Below are positions 39,426-48,619 of a stretch of 64,000 nt of DNA, one piece after another. This stretch comes from Promethearchaeia archaeon (GTDB taxonomy: Archaea > Asgardarchaeota > Lokiarchaeia > Sigyniarchaeales > SOKP01). The DNA lies in the NCBI GenBank assembly GCA_046483985.1, contig JAWOCD010000017.1:1-64000 (forward strand), in the 5' to 3' direction. Numbering within the stretch: position 1 is the first letter of the stretch; the number at the start of each line of letters is the position of its first letter. A program made the position numbers and the translations under genes. The notes under the pieces were generated by a model. The model ran no database searches, was not told the DNA's origin, and saw nothing but the letters and a program-made list of their open reading frames with translations.

Positions 39426-40175
39426 GTGTATAAAATGTCAAATAAATTTTGTCCAAAATGCGGAGCAGAACTAGCGGATCCTACCCAGAAATTATGTGAG
39501 AATTGCGGCGCGGAAATTCCAGAGGATCAATTAAGCGAATCAGAGGAAAAGGATTCCTCTCAAACAATCCAAAACAATCCCTCTCCTCCCCCTAGTGAGG
39601 CGGGCTTGTTTGATATTAATAGAAACTATTATATATTAAAGGAAAAGTATTGGGATTGGGGTTCTGGAGATATTTTAGACCAAGAAAATCAAGTAATCGG
39701 AAAAATGAAACGGAAGCTCTTGAGCCTTCGAAGAAAGATTGAATTGAGGGAGAAAGATGGTTCGGTTTCTGCCACCATTCATAAAAAAATTCTGTCATTG
39801 CGCGGAGCCCATGATCTTAAAACACCTGATGGAGAATTAATTGCCCGGATTAAGAAAAAGTTTCTCAGTTTCTTCCGCCCAAAATTTTTCCTGGAAGACC
39901 CAAAAGGAAATCGATGGTTTGAAGCACAAGGGGAATTTATGGGCTTCTCTTTTAAGATCACGGATGCCCAAACAGGCGAATTGATCGCTGAAGTTGAGAA
40001 AGCAGATCGATGGCGGGATGTTTTCATGGGCGGCGTATTAGATTTTAAGGATACATATGCGTTACGTATCTTAGATAATGAAACTGATCGCAGAATTCTA
40101 CTTGGCTTTGTGATTACAATTGATAACGTAATCCACGATGATTCAAGCGGCGGAATTCTTAGCTCCTTAACATAA
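39426..40175 (+). CDS. Zinc ribbon + LURP-one/Tubby-C (scramblase-like) domain protein
   Basis: CPKC..CENC; repeated I.KK.LS.R beta-hairpins, G.F....F.I, DTYAL.I, C-terminal hydrophobic helix LGFVITID. Confidence 0.82.
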   Translation: MYKMSNKFCPKCGAELADPTQKLCENCGAEIPEDQLSESEEKDSSQTIQNNPSPPPSEAGLFDINRNYYILKEKYWDWGSGDILDQENQVIGKMKRKLLSLRRKIELREKDGSVSATIHKKILSLRGAHDLKTPDGELIARIKKKFLSFFRPKFFLEDPKGNRWFEAQGEFMGFSFKITDAQTGELIAEVEKADRWRDVFMGGVLDFKDTYALRILDNETDRRILLGFVITIDNVIHDDSSGGILSSLT

Positions 40176-40368
40176 TTAAATGATTTAATTCATCTTTTCT
40201 TTTTGTTTTTATTTTCTTCCGAAGTATTGGAACTTCAATTGGTTTGCAAAAAATAAAATATAAATTGGTTAAATCTAATATCTTGTTAAGAGTATTTTAA
40301 TTAATAATTTGTATGATATTAATTCTATTTAAAGAATAGATCAGAATTAGAGAAAGTGATAAGATAGT

Positions 40369-41481
40369 ATGACTGAAGAAGAATTCGAAGGTCAGGACCA
40401 TTATGACCCGTTTATGATTTACGAGCTGGACGATTCGGGAGAAAGAATTCTGACTGATATAACTGAAGATGAATTCCGTGAAGATAACGGAAAAATTGTT
40501 TTACATCCCGAGCAAGTCGTGGTTATCGTGAAAGAAGATATCAGGCGTATTTACATTTGGAAAGGCTCAAAATCCCCGGTTCGAAAACGATTTATTAGTT
40601 CTCGGGTGGCCCAAGGACTTCAAGAGGAATTGGTAAAGGTTGCGGCATTTCATCGATGTAAAATCGTCTCTGTCGATCAGGGTGATGAACCCGTTGATTT
40701 TCTAAACGCGTTTGACTTCGAATCGATGGAAGTCACAGAAGTCTTGGAAGATATGAGATATGTCCGGAATGTCGATAGGGAAAAAGCTGTAAATGCTCCA
40801 GAACCAAAAAAGTCCAAGAAGAAGGTAAAATCAGAGTCCGATTCGGGGTATTATTCTCCTGCACTTGAAGAGCTTGAAGAGGAAACAGGCAAAAAAATTG
40901 ACACTGGCGTGAAGATGGCATCCAAGAAAAAGGTAAAAACCGTTTCATCACCGCCGAGCACACCAAAACCTACTTCCTCAAGGCGCTCAAGACGTCCCCG
41001 GCGGTCTTATTCTAGAAAGTCCCGTAAATCCGCTAAAAAATCAACATTATCTCAGGAAAGACGAAAAGAAATTATGGATAAAATTGTTGAAATGGATCTT
41101 CCCAAAAATCATAAGCGCCAAAACTTAGTGATTGGTCATACCCTTTATGGAGCAGTCTCAAAAAAAGTTGATGTATTAGGAAAAGAAATCCTTGAAACAG
41201 AATGGGAACCTGTGAAAAAGCTTCCGAAAGGAATGATTGAGTTGGATGATGTGAAATTACGGGTCTACTTTGACGAGGAAGAAGGAAAAATCGTGGAGGC
41301 GTTGGAAATTCTTAAAAAACAAGATTCTTCTGTTAAAGAAATAAAAGAAGAACCACAAGTTGTTCAACCTTCAAAAAAAGAAGAAAAAGAAGAAAAACCA
41401 GAAGAAGAGACGGAAGAAGAACAGCAAGAAGTTAAGGAAGAAAAGCGTGAATTACCAAAGATTCCAAGTGCTGAGGATTAG
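40369..41481 (+). CDS. Gelsolin-domain protein (1DGelX-like architecture)
   Basis: LHPEQVVVIV....IYIWKGSKS....F.....A.......SVDQGDEP.DF gelsolin repeat; basic linker, second domain, acidic tail ending RELPKIP. Confidence 0.85.
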   Translation: MTEEEFEGQDHYDPFMIYELDDSGERILTDITEDEFREDNGKIVLHPEQVVVIVKEDIRRIYIWKGSKSPVRKRFISSRVAQGLQEELVKVAAFHRCKIVSVDQGDEPVDFLNAFDFESMEVTEVLEDMRYVRNVDREKAVNAPEPKKSKKKVKSESDSGYYSPALEELEEETGKKIDTGVKMASKKKVKTVSSPPSTPKPTSSRRSRRPRRSYSRKSRKSAKKSTLSQERRKEIMDKIVEMDLPKNHKRQNLVIGHTLYGAVSKKVDVLGKEILETEWEPVKKLPKGMIELDDVKLRVYFDEEEGKIVEALEILKKQDSSVKEIKEEPQVVQPSKKEEKEEKPEEETEEEQQEVKEEKRELPKIPSAED

Positions 41482-41521
41482 TATTTAATAGGATCTGAAA
41501 TTTCTATAGGGAATTTAAAGT

Positions 41522-41923
41522 TTATTTCAGAAATATGGTCTTTTCTAAATTCTCGAAATGAGGATCCCCAGAAACTACAGAAAGATCATTATGGAAAGCA
41601 GTTTCAATAATACTTGCATCTGCCAAACCTATCTCCTCCATTGATTCTCTTAATTTCCACTTTCTTGGACCTGAATTTTTTGCAACTTCGATTGAAAGGG
41701 GAACAATTTTAGAATTGGAGATAATAAATTTATAACGTTCTTTCCATTCAACATGCAGTCCTTCTCGATAATACTTATCGGATAATTCAGCAATTGAAAT
41801 GATTGAGGTATAGATTTTTCCGTTCTCAATTAAATTCTTAACCGTTTTTCCTTTCTTACTTCCAATAAAATATTCAATCCAAGCAAACGTATCCAAAAGA
41901 TATTTATTCTTCTCTGAAGACAA
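41522..41923 (-). CDS. vapC: VapC PIN-domain toxin
   Basis: LLDTFAWIE, SIAEL, GLADA, VSGDPHF. Confidence 0.92.
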   Translation of the reverse strand: MSSEKNKYLLDTFAWIEYFIGSKKGKTVKNLIENGKIYTSIISIAELSDKYYREGLHVEWKERYKFIISNSKIVPLSIEVAKNSGPRKWKLRESMEEIGLADASIIETAFHNDLSVVSGDPHFENLEKTIFLK

Positions 41924-42107
41924 TTCTATCCTCTCTTTTAAAATGTTGAAGTTTTCCTTTATCTATCCCAAACATGCTTTCAGGAATATTTTGAGACTTA
42001 TCGATAAGTTTATTGATAAGTTCATCATATGTAGATGTTTTAAAAACTTTCTTCAGTTGTTTTAATTTTTCCAAGGTATCTTTTGTAATTTGAATGGAAG
42101 TTTTCAT
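41904..42107 (-). CDS. vapB: VapB-type RHH antitoxin
   Basis: TSIQI...T.EKL..LK....TYDELI, SMFG; overlaps vapC. Confidence 0.85.
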   Translation of the reverse strand: MKTSIQITKDTLEKLKQLKKVFKTSTYDELINKLIDKSQNIPESMFGIDKGKLQHFKREDRIVFREE

Positions 42108-42232
42108 ATATAATCTATAGCACTATAGTTATATAATTTTATCTAAAATATCTAGTATTTTTTAAATTTAGATGATTTAAAATTTTGAATTAGCCTTTAA
42201 TGATAAAAAAAAGAGATTAAGGTATGAATAAC

Positions 42233-44203
42233 TTAAATTGTGGTAAAAACCAACGTACCGGAATTATAAATACTCGGAAGCAAGACAGAAGCAAGCAACG
42301 CTAACAAAAATGAGGTAAAAACTACACCTGATATAATACATCGGGTCTTAAGATAAATCCACGAACTTATCATCGACATACCCAAGAAGAGCAAATAAAA
42401 GATTGGAATCACAAAAAATACAATTGTTGGGAAAAATTGGAGTGAAATTAATAGCAATAAATAGGAGATTGTGAGTCCTGTTCCACCGATAACTGTATTG
42501 AGTAAATTGGTGTAGAAAAGTTCTCGCCAGGAAGGTATCCATAAGAGTTTTTCCTTTTCATAGCGGGAATATTTAGATTGTATGAGACCATTGAAGAAAA
42601 GTCCATAGATAAAAGTAAAAGTAAAGATAATGCCCCAGATCTCTAAAAATCCAACAATTTTATAGATAATTAATGATTTTATTCCATATAGGGTTAAACT
42701 TACAAGCAATGGAATATATATGGCTAAAAATAAGCCCACTCCATAAAGAAGATTCCTTTGAAGTTGGTGGGGTTTTATTTCCAAACCGAAATCTGCCCAA
42801 GTTTCGTAATATGTTTTTCGCTCAGTATAAATAAGACCCAAAAGTACGGGAAGGAAAATTAAGGCATGAGTAAAGAGGAGTATCGTAAAGATATTGGTTA
42901 CCATAAAATCGGTAACAATTAATGTATTTAAAGAAAAGACAGAAATTAATGGAATCACTAAGGCGTTGGTTCCAAGGTATAAGGCAATATAAAGTAAGAT
43001 CTGTTTTTTAAAATCTTTTTTCTCAATCTCCTTAGCAGCCTTAATATTTGACTCCTCAGTGGAAACTTTATTGGCTAAATAGATAGATAACGGGATTGCT
43101 AGGAGAATAACACCAATTAGAGTGATCCTATTTCCTGTTTTTCGTTCCGTTTCATTTATGTCGTTAGAATCTAATTCGTTGGCATTTGGATCCATAAACA
43201 TGGAATTTTTCATCCATCGAATTGATTCTTCAATTGCTCCTTCATTTTGTCCTTCAGTTATATGGTCTTGTCCTTCTAGGATAACTAACCTTCGTGCGCT
43301 GCCATCTAAAAAGCTCCCGTAGGTTTTTTCGCTCTCGATTTGCTTGTAATCCGATGTTCCGAAAATAGAGTCTCTGCCGAGATTCCATACAAGTTCTTTT
43401 GCACTTTCAACTGTAAATATCTCATCACTATCGCCGACAATATTAAGGAAATTTCGGGGGATGTTGGTTTTACTTTCGTTCAATTTATCCTTAATGATAA
43501 TGTTTTCAAAGGCAGCATCGATATCATAAGTTAACGTCGGATAAAGCCAATTTTTTACCTCATCGAATCGTTCTAAATGACTGAGAACTCCGTCATTTAT
43601 ATCTTCATCTTGTACATCATATTGGGGACCTCCGACGGTGAGCGTGGTATTAATCCAATGATTTCCCAATTCATGATCTATAAGTGAGGCTAAGGTAACC
43701 GAGAAAGCTCCCATTGAGTGTCCCACCACTCCAATTCTGGAGAGATCGATATTATATTTGTCCGCATTCTCACGCAACCACTGAACCGCGCTCAGAGTTT
43801 CATTTTCCCAAGTAAATCCAAACTGTCCGCTACTTCCCCCGTGTCCTCTTCCTGAAATACAAAACCCGATAAATCCTCGTTTCCCGAATTCATTAGCAAA
43901 ACTTTTAAAATAGGTTTTACTGCTTGAAAATCCATGAACATAAACGATTGCGGGACGCTTCTCATATATGTCATTCCTTTCCTTTGGAAGATAAAGTGTA
44001 CTATCGATCTCAATATTTTCTCCAAATACTCTAAATTCTGGTGCCGTTTGTATTTGAAAGTGTTTTTCATTACATGAGAAAAAGGAACAATTGAAAAGAG
44101 TAGTCCAGCTAAGTCCAATTATTGTTAACAATAAACCCACAATAAAAAGAATTTTTTTTGCTTTTTCTATTGTGTTTTGTTTAATAGGAAGAATATCTCT
44201 CAT
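42233..44203 (-). CDS. Membrane-bound alpha/beta hydrolase with C-terminal multi-TM domain
   Basis: HGF, GHGGS, GHSMG nucleophile, GDSDE, DH; about 8 C-terminal TM helices. Confidence 0.87.
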   Translation of the reverse strand: MRDILPIKQNTIEKAKKILFIVGLLLTIIGLSWTTLFNCSFFSCNEKHFQIQTAPEFRVFGENIEIDSTLYLPKERNDIYEKRPAIVYVHGFSSSKTYFKSFANEFGKRGFIGFCISGRGHGGSSGQFGFTWENETLSAVQWLRENADKYNIDLSRIGVVGHSMGAFSVTLASLIDHELGNHWINTTLTVGGPQYDVQDEDINDGVLSHLERFDEVKNWLYPTLTYDIDAAFENIIIKDKLNESKTNIPRNFLNIVGDSDEIFTVESAKELVWNLGRDSIFGTSDYKQIESEKTYGSFLDGSARRLVILEGQDHITEGQNEGAIEESIRWMKNSMFMDPNANELDSNDINETERKTGNRITLIGVILLAIPLSIYLANKVSTEESNIKAAKEIEKKDFKKQILLYIALYLGTNALVIPLISVFSLNTLIVTDFMVTNIFTILLFTHALIFLPVLLGLIYTERKTYYETWADFGLEIKPHQLQRNLLYGVGLFLAIYIPLLVSLTLYGIKSLIIYKIVGFLEIWGIIFTFTFIYGLFFNGLIQSKYSRYEKEKLLWIPSWRELFYTNLLNTVIGGTGLTISYLLLLISLQFFPTIVFFVIPIFYLLFLGMSMISSWIYLKTRCIISGVVFTSFLLALLASVLLPSIYNSGTLVFTTI

Positions 44204-44500
44204 ATATAGGGTTAAGAACGATTTTAATAAAAACTAACGAATTAAATTTTGCTGCAGCTATGATTAGAAGATATTTATCCAAATACCTTATCCCATCCTA
44301 CAGTTCTTTGAGCTTAATTTCATCCCATAAAAGGGGAGATCTTTTTATTGCCCATCTTTTTATTTGGATTGGTACTGAGGGCGTTTGCTTTAGAATAATA
44401 TCTCTTGATGAAAAAAAACTAAATATTTTTTTACATTTGTCGAAATCTTTCTATAATATAATCATAATTTTAATATGCAATAAGCATTAAAAGGTAACAT

Positions 44501-46183
44501 ATGCGTCATTATTTTGATTTCGATAGATCATTACAAGAGATTTTCAATTCCAAACTCACTGGAATGAAATTCACGTGGAGAGAATGGCTTAATATAACTT
44601 CTAAAGAGGAGTTTCTTGAGACTGCTTTAAAAAATTCTGGTTTGGATACAGTTGAAAATATATTTGATTTGATAAAATACGGCACTACTTCTAGCCGTGA
44701 ATTTACGTTAGATCCCCCGCAGCATCTATCTCAATGCGGGAAAATGGAAATCCCGATTTTTACTCATACCTCTGGTACCACGAACCCTACCATAGAAAAC
44801 CTAAAATGGTTTCATATGTCAAAAGAACTTATAGGCAGATTGTGGGCTCCTGGCATGCAAGCAATCTTTGAATCTGCCGATTTATCAAACAATTCATCCG
44901 CAGTAATATTTGTTCCGTCACGACTGAAAAAAGATGGGATTCAGAAACTAAATCAGAAAAAGTATATTTCCTTATACTCCTTGGAATTTTCACAGCGAAT
45001 TGCATTGGCAACAATTAATCCGCATTCTTATCTGCTAGCTCCCTATAAAGAATCGTATAACCTCCGAACAATCGCAAAAATCTTAGAGCTTAAGAAAATT
45101 AGCACCATCTCCACCTCCTTTTTGACTATCTTAGGATGGGCAAATCATGAAAAGATGAAACAAAAAATAAAAAATTCTCAAAAAGAAATTGATCCCTCCT
45201 CAGTACAGAATGACATGCTGGTAAAGTTACTGAAATTAATTAAGTATGAAGGAATTGATAAGGCGACTACAAAAATCCAAGAACGACTCTCAGAAAAAAT
45301 CAAGGATGCATATTTAATTTCCGGTATTAGTTCGTTAAACGTTCAGAAAAAGATAATTCATAATTTTATGCATTGGCAAGAGAACCGCGATAAATATATC
45401 AATTTATACGTTGCTTCAGAAATTGGTCCCTTTGCAGCCTCAATACGGGCGGCAGAAAAGTTAAAAGAAGGAGCTGACGGCCAAGTCTCTCAAACTATTA
45501 TGGATGTATTTCCACTAACACTCCCCGTCATTGAAAGACATGGCAAAATGGAATTATTAACAGGTACAAAACACAGAGTCGGAAAATTATTGACCTCACG
45601 GATGCATAACTCAAAACCACTTATTAATATTGATACGGGCGATGTCATCTTCATTGAAAATACCGCGGCGCAACCACAAATAGGCGGAACTATTCTGCGA
45701 GCGGGATTTAAGTTAGAATATCCTCTTAAATTAACTGACGAAGTTGAAATCCCCGAGAATTCCAATATATATGCTGGAGATTGTTTTACCATTGTTGATT
45801 TAGAAATCCTCAACCCAAAACATTTGTTAGATTGTATCATTAATAATTGTCGGATACAAACAGATTCCCTATTATTGGTAAGGACCGAAAAGGAAAAAGA
45901 TTCTTGGGATCTTGTACTTCCATTTGAGGGGAGACATGACCCTTCCTTTAAAAATACGCTCTTAGAGGTGATTGAATCATGTCCAGGAGGAAAAGGATTT
46001 ATTGATGCGATTGATCGTAATCGTATTACCCTTAAATTTACAGAGGAAGGACCAGTAGATTATCTACAAACTCGAGGAGAGATTCTAAAAAAAGTACGGA
46101 ATGGGCATATACCAAAGGGAATCCTGAAGAAATGGCCTCTTTATCTCGCTGTCTCGCCGAATTATGGGAAAAAGATTTGTTAA
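44501..46183 (+). CDS. ANL-superfamily adenylate-forming enzyme (GH3/LuxE/PaaK-like, divergent)
   Basis: THTSGTT P-loop, YVASEIG, IDTGD, ILR. Confidence 0.65.
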   Translation: MRHYFDFDRSLQEIFNSKLTGMKFTWREWLNITSKEEFLETALKNSGLDTVENIFDLIKYGTTSSREFTLDPPQHLSQCGKMEIPIFTHTSGTTNPTIENLKWFHMSKELIGRLWAPGMQAIFESADLSNNSSAVIFVPSRLKKDGIQKLNQKKYISLYSLEFSQRIALATINPHSYLLAPYKESYNLRTIAKILELKKISTISTSFLTILGWANHEKMKQKIKNSQKEIDPSSVQNDMLVKLLKLIKYEGIDKATTKIQERLSEKIKDAYLISGISSLNVQKKIIHNFMHWQENRDKYINLYVASEIGPFAASIRAAEKLKEGADGQVSQTIMDVFPLTLPVIERHGKMELLTGTKHRVGKLLTSRMHNSKPLINIDTGDVIFIENTAAQPQIGGTILRAGFKLEYPLKLTDEVEIPENSNIYAGDCFTIVDLEILNPKHLLDCIINNCRIQTDSLLLVRTEKEKDSWDLVLPFEGRHDPSFKNTLLEVIESCPGGKGFIDAIDRNRITLKFTEEGPVDYLQTRGEILKKVRNGHIPKGILKKWPLYLAVSPNYGKKIC

Positions 46184-46366
46184 AAATTCTCATGTCTGTT
46201 GTAATATTAACTGTTTTTAAATAATAACCTCGATGGTAATAAGGGTGAAATGCTCGCAAATCTATTAAGGTTTCTCGTGGATCTGAGTGATTCCTATGGA
46301 GATTTAATTTCCTCTTGTTGGGAAAAATTAGTTAAATTATAATATTATTAAAATTGATAATAAAAT

Positions 46367-48184
46367 ATGAAAAAATCTTTCTCTTCTTCCCATGCCCTAT
46401 TGATGATTATTTTGGGAGCTTTATTGATGATATTTTTAAGTGCAAATCACATCACTCAAATTTCATATGCCCGTACCGATCCTTCGCTCTATAGAAATCA
46501 ACCCAGCGTGAACCATATTGATCAAGGCTATATTAACGATTCAGACAATGAATTGATTTGGTTTCTCCACGTAACTGACACCCAAGACATTTGGTATGAC
46601 GATGGGAAGATTGGACAGTGGCGCCAAATGCTAAATCAATCCTATCGCGAGATTAATCCTTTTTTAATTTATAACACCGGAGATTTAGTCAATAGCGATT
46701 ATGAAAATTTTATCACCGGAAATGAACGTGATCAGCGAATTGAGGAATGGGAGCGCTATAACCAGTCACTCTATGATAGTGGAATGAATTCTTCTATATA
46801 TATGGACGTGATAGGTAACCATGACGTGTACGGTGATCTTGGCAATTCATATTTTTTAAACTATTCGATGATGGGAAAAGAGTTAAATACTCTGCAATAT
46901 GGGTTCAACCGGAGTTTTTCTTTCGGTGACTACGCGTTTATTGGGCTTCACACAGCCGAGGATTACGGTATTCGTTATCCATTTGCACTATTCGGCTATT
47001 TAAATACGCAAGAATTGGATTGGTATGAACAAGAATTAACTCGTTTCCAAGATTGTGACCGAATTTTTCTTATGGGGCACCATCCTCCGTTTGAAATTTA
47101 TTCAACGAGAAGTTCTTCAGGAAAATCTTTTTTCCAATTGAATGAGGAGTTCGATGTTGATTATTATTTCATGGGACACGGTCATATAAATAGTTTTCAA
47201 AATGTAAATGGAATGCTTGCCATTGAAACAGAGAAATTTAGCAATGAAGGAGGCTCATATCGTATTGTTACTTTGGATAAGAACCAACTATCCACATCAA
47301 TTGAGCGGGTGGGACAATGGCCTCAAGGAATCATTACCAATCCCCCCCGAAGGGACTATTTAGAGGAGGAAACTTGGACCGATGGGGAACACATTCGGGT
47401 CCTTGCATGGGATCCAGAGGGCGTCAATTTTGTTGAATGGTCAGCATTTACTCCGGATGGAAGCAAACAGATTATTGATTGGGAAAACTTAGATAACATA
47501 TCAAGTACTGGACCTTTATGGGAGGGAGATTTCTCAAAATTAGAAGAAAAAATGGCAAAAAACTCAGATTTGGAATCATCCTTGATTAAAGTGAGGATAT
47601 CTGGTAAGTCTGGGGAAAACATTAAGGAAATCCTTTATTCCCCAACTCAACGAACCCCTTTTGGGTGGTATGAAGCAATCCCGCTCATTTATATCTCGTG
47701 CTTTTCCCTTATTGGGATTGCTATTATAGTCACGTATTATCTTCGCACTCGGGTACCGCGGTTTAAAAAAGATCCGGAACAGAACGTGGATAAACAACTG
47801 AGAAACCTTTTCTTGTTAAAATGTTTCATCTTTACCATAATTCCGTGGACACTTGGCGGGATGTTTGTTGATCAAGTCACGGTAGTTTTTGCATTATTTT
47901 ATGTCAACGGATTAGGTATCCATTTTAACGGCACTTTGTTAATTTACACCGGTGTTATTTTTTTCTTAGCGATTATATGGCAAGGTTTTACTCTCTCTTA
48001 CAAGAAGAGATATTTAATGGTCGGTTTGACGGTCTGGAATCTCTTATTTACTGGGTTCTATGTTGTTTTTTATATTTTGCATTTTCCTATGCTCTCTTGG
48101 CTCTCTCCAGGGTTGTACGGGATGCTAATAATAGATAGCTTAATTCTAAGACGTAGTTTAAATATGATTAAAAAAAAGCCATGA
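46367..48184 (+). CDS. Calcineurin-like metallophosphoesterase with TMEM62-like architecture
   Basis: WFLHVTD, TGDLV, GNHD, GHHP, GHGH, YRIV..D, IITNP, HIRVLAW; C-terminal TM bundle. Confidence 0.8.
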   Translation: MKKSFSSSHALLMIILGALLMIFLSANHITQISYARTDPSLYRNQPSVNHIDQGYINDSDNELIWFLHVTDTQDIWYDDGKIGQWRQMLNQSYREINPFLIYNTGDLVNSDYENFITGNERDQRIEEWERYNQSLYDSGMNSSIYMDVIGNHDVYGDLGNSYFLNYSMMGKELNTLQYGFNRSFSFGDYAFIGLHTAEDYGIRYPFALFGYLNTQELDWYEQELTRFQDCDRIFLMGHHPPFEIYSTRSSSGKSFFQLNEEFDVDYYFMGHGHINSFQNVNGMLAIETEKFSNEGGSYRIVTLDKNQLSTSIERVGQWPQGIITNPPRRDYLEEETWTDGEHIRVLAWDPEGVNFVEWSAFTPDGSKQIIDWENLDNISSTGPLWEGDFSKLEEKMAKNSDLESSLIKVRISGKSGENIKEILYSPTQRTPFGWYEAIPLIYISCFSLIGIAIIVTYYLRTRVPRFKKDPEQNVDKQLRNLFLLKCFIFTIIPWTLGGMFVDQVTVVFALFYVNGLGIHFNGTLLIYTGVIFFLAIIWQGFTLSYKKRYLMVGLTVWNLLFTGFYVVFYILHFPMLSWLSPGLYGMLIIDSLILRRSLNMIKKKP

Positions 48185-48261
48185 TTTTCCTTATCTAAGA
48201 GAGATTTGAGAATTGAAATTAGTTTGAAAACATTTTTACTTTTTTCTTCTTTTCTTATCAT

Positions 48262-48600
48262 ATGCCCAAAGAGTCTCAAGAAGAGAAAAAGAAGACAATC
48301 GATGATTACTTGGAATCTGTTGAATCATCGCGATACTATCATGATCTTTATTTAAAAGCTGTCAATCATCCCATTCGGCGCGCGATATTGAAATATATTC
48401 ATGAAAAAGGAAAAGTTTCTAAAAATAAACTTGGAGAGTTTCTAAAAGATCAGAATCTTCTCGATAAGGAATCCGATCTTACTTATCATCTTGATTTCTT
48501 GCAGAAGTCATTATGCATTAAAAAGGTAACACAGAAAGAAAGTTCGGCTGAAAAATATCAGTTAAGACAAGCTGGAAAGGTAATTGAATTTCTAAAATAA
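48262..48600 (+). CDS. ArsR-like winged-helix protein
   Basis: KAVNHPIRRAIL, LTYHLDFL, YQLRQAG. Confidence 0.82.
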   Translation: MPKESQEEKKKTIDDYLESVESSRYYHDLYLKAVNHPIRRAILKYIHEKGKVSKNKLGEFLKDQNLLDKESDLTYHLDFLQKSLCIKKVTQKESSAEKYQLRQAGKVIEFLK

Positions 48601-48619
48601 GTAAGATATATTTCAATTC

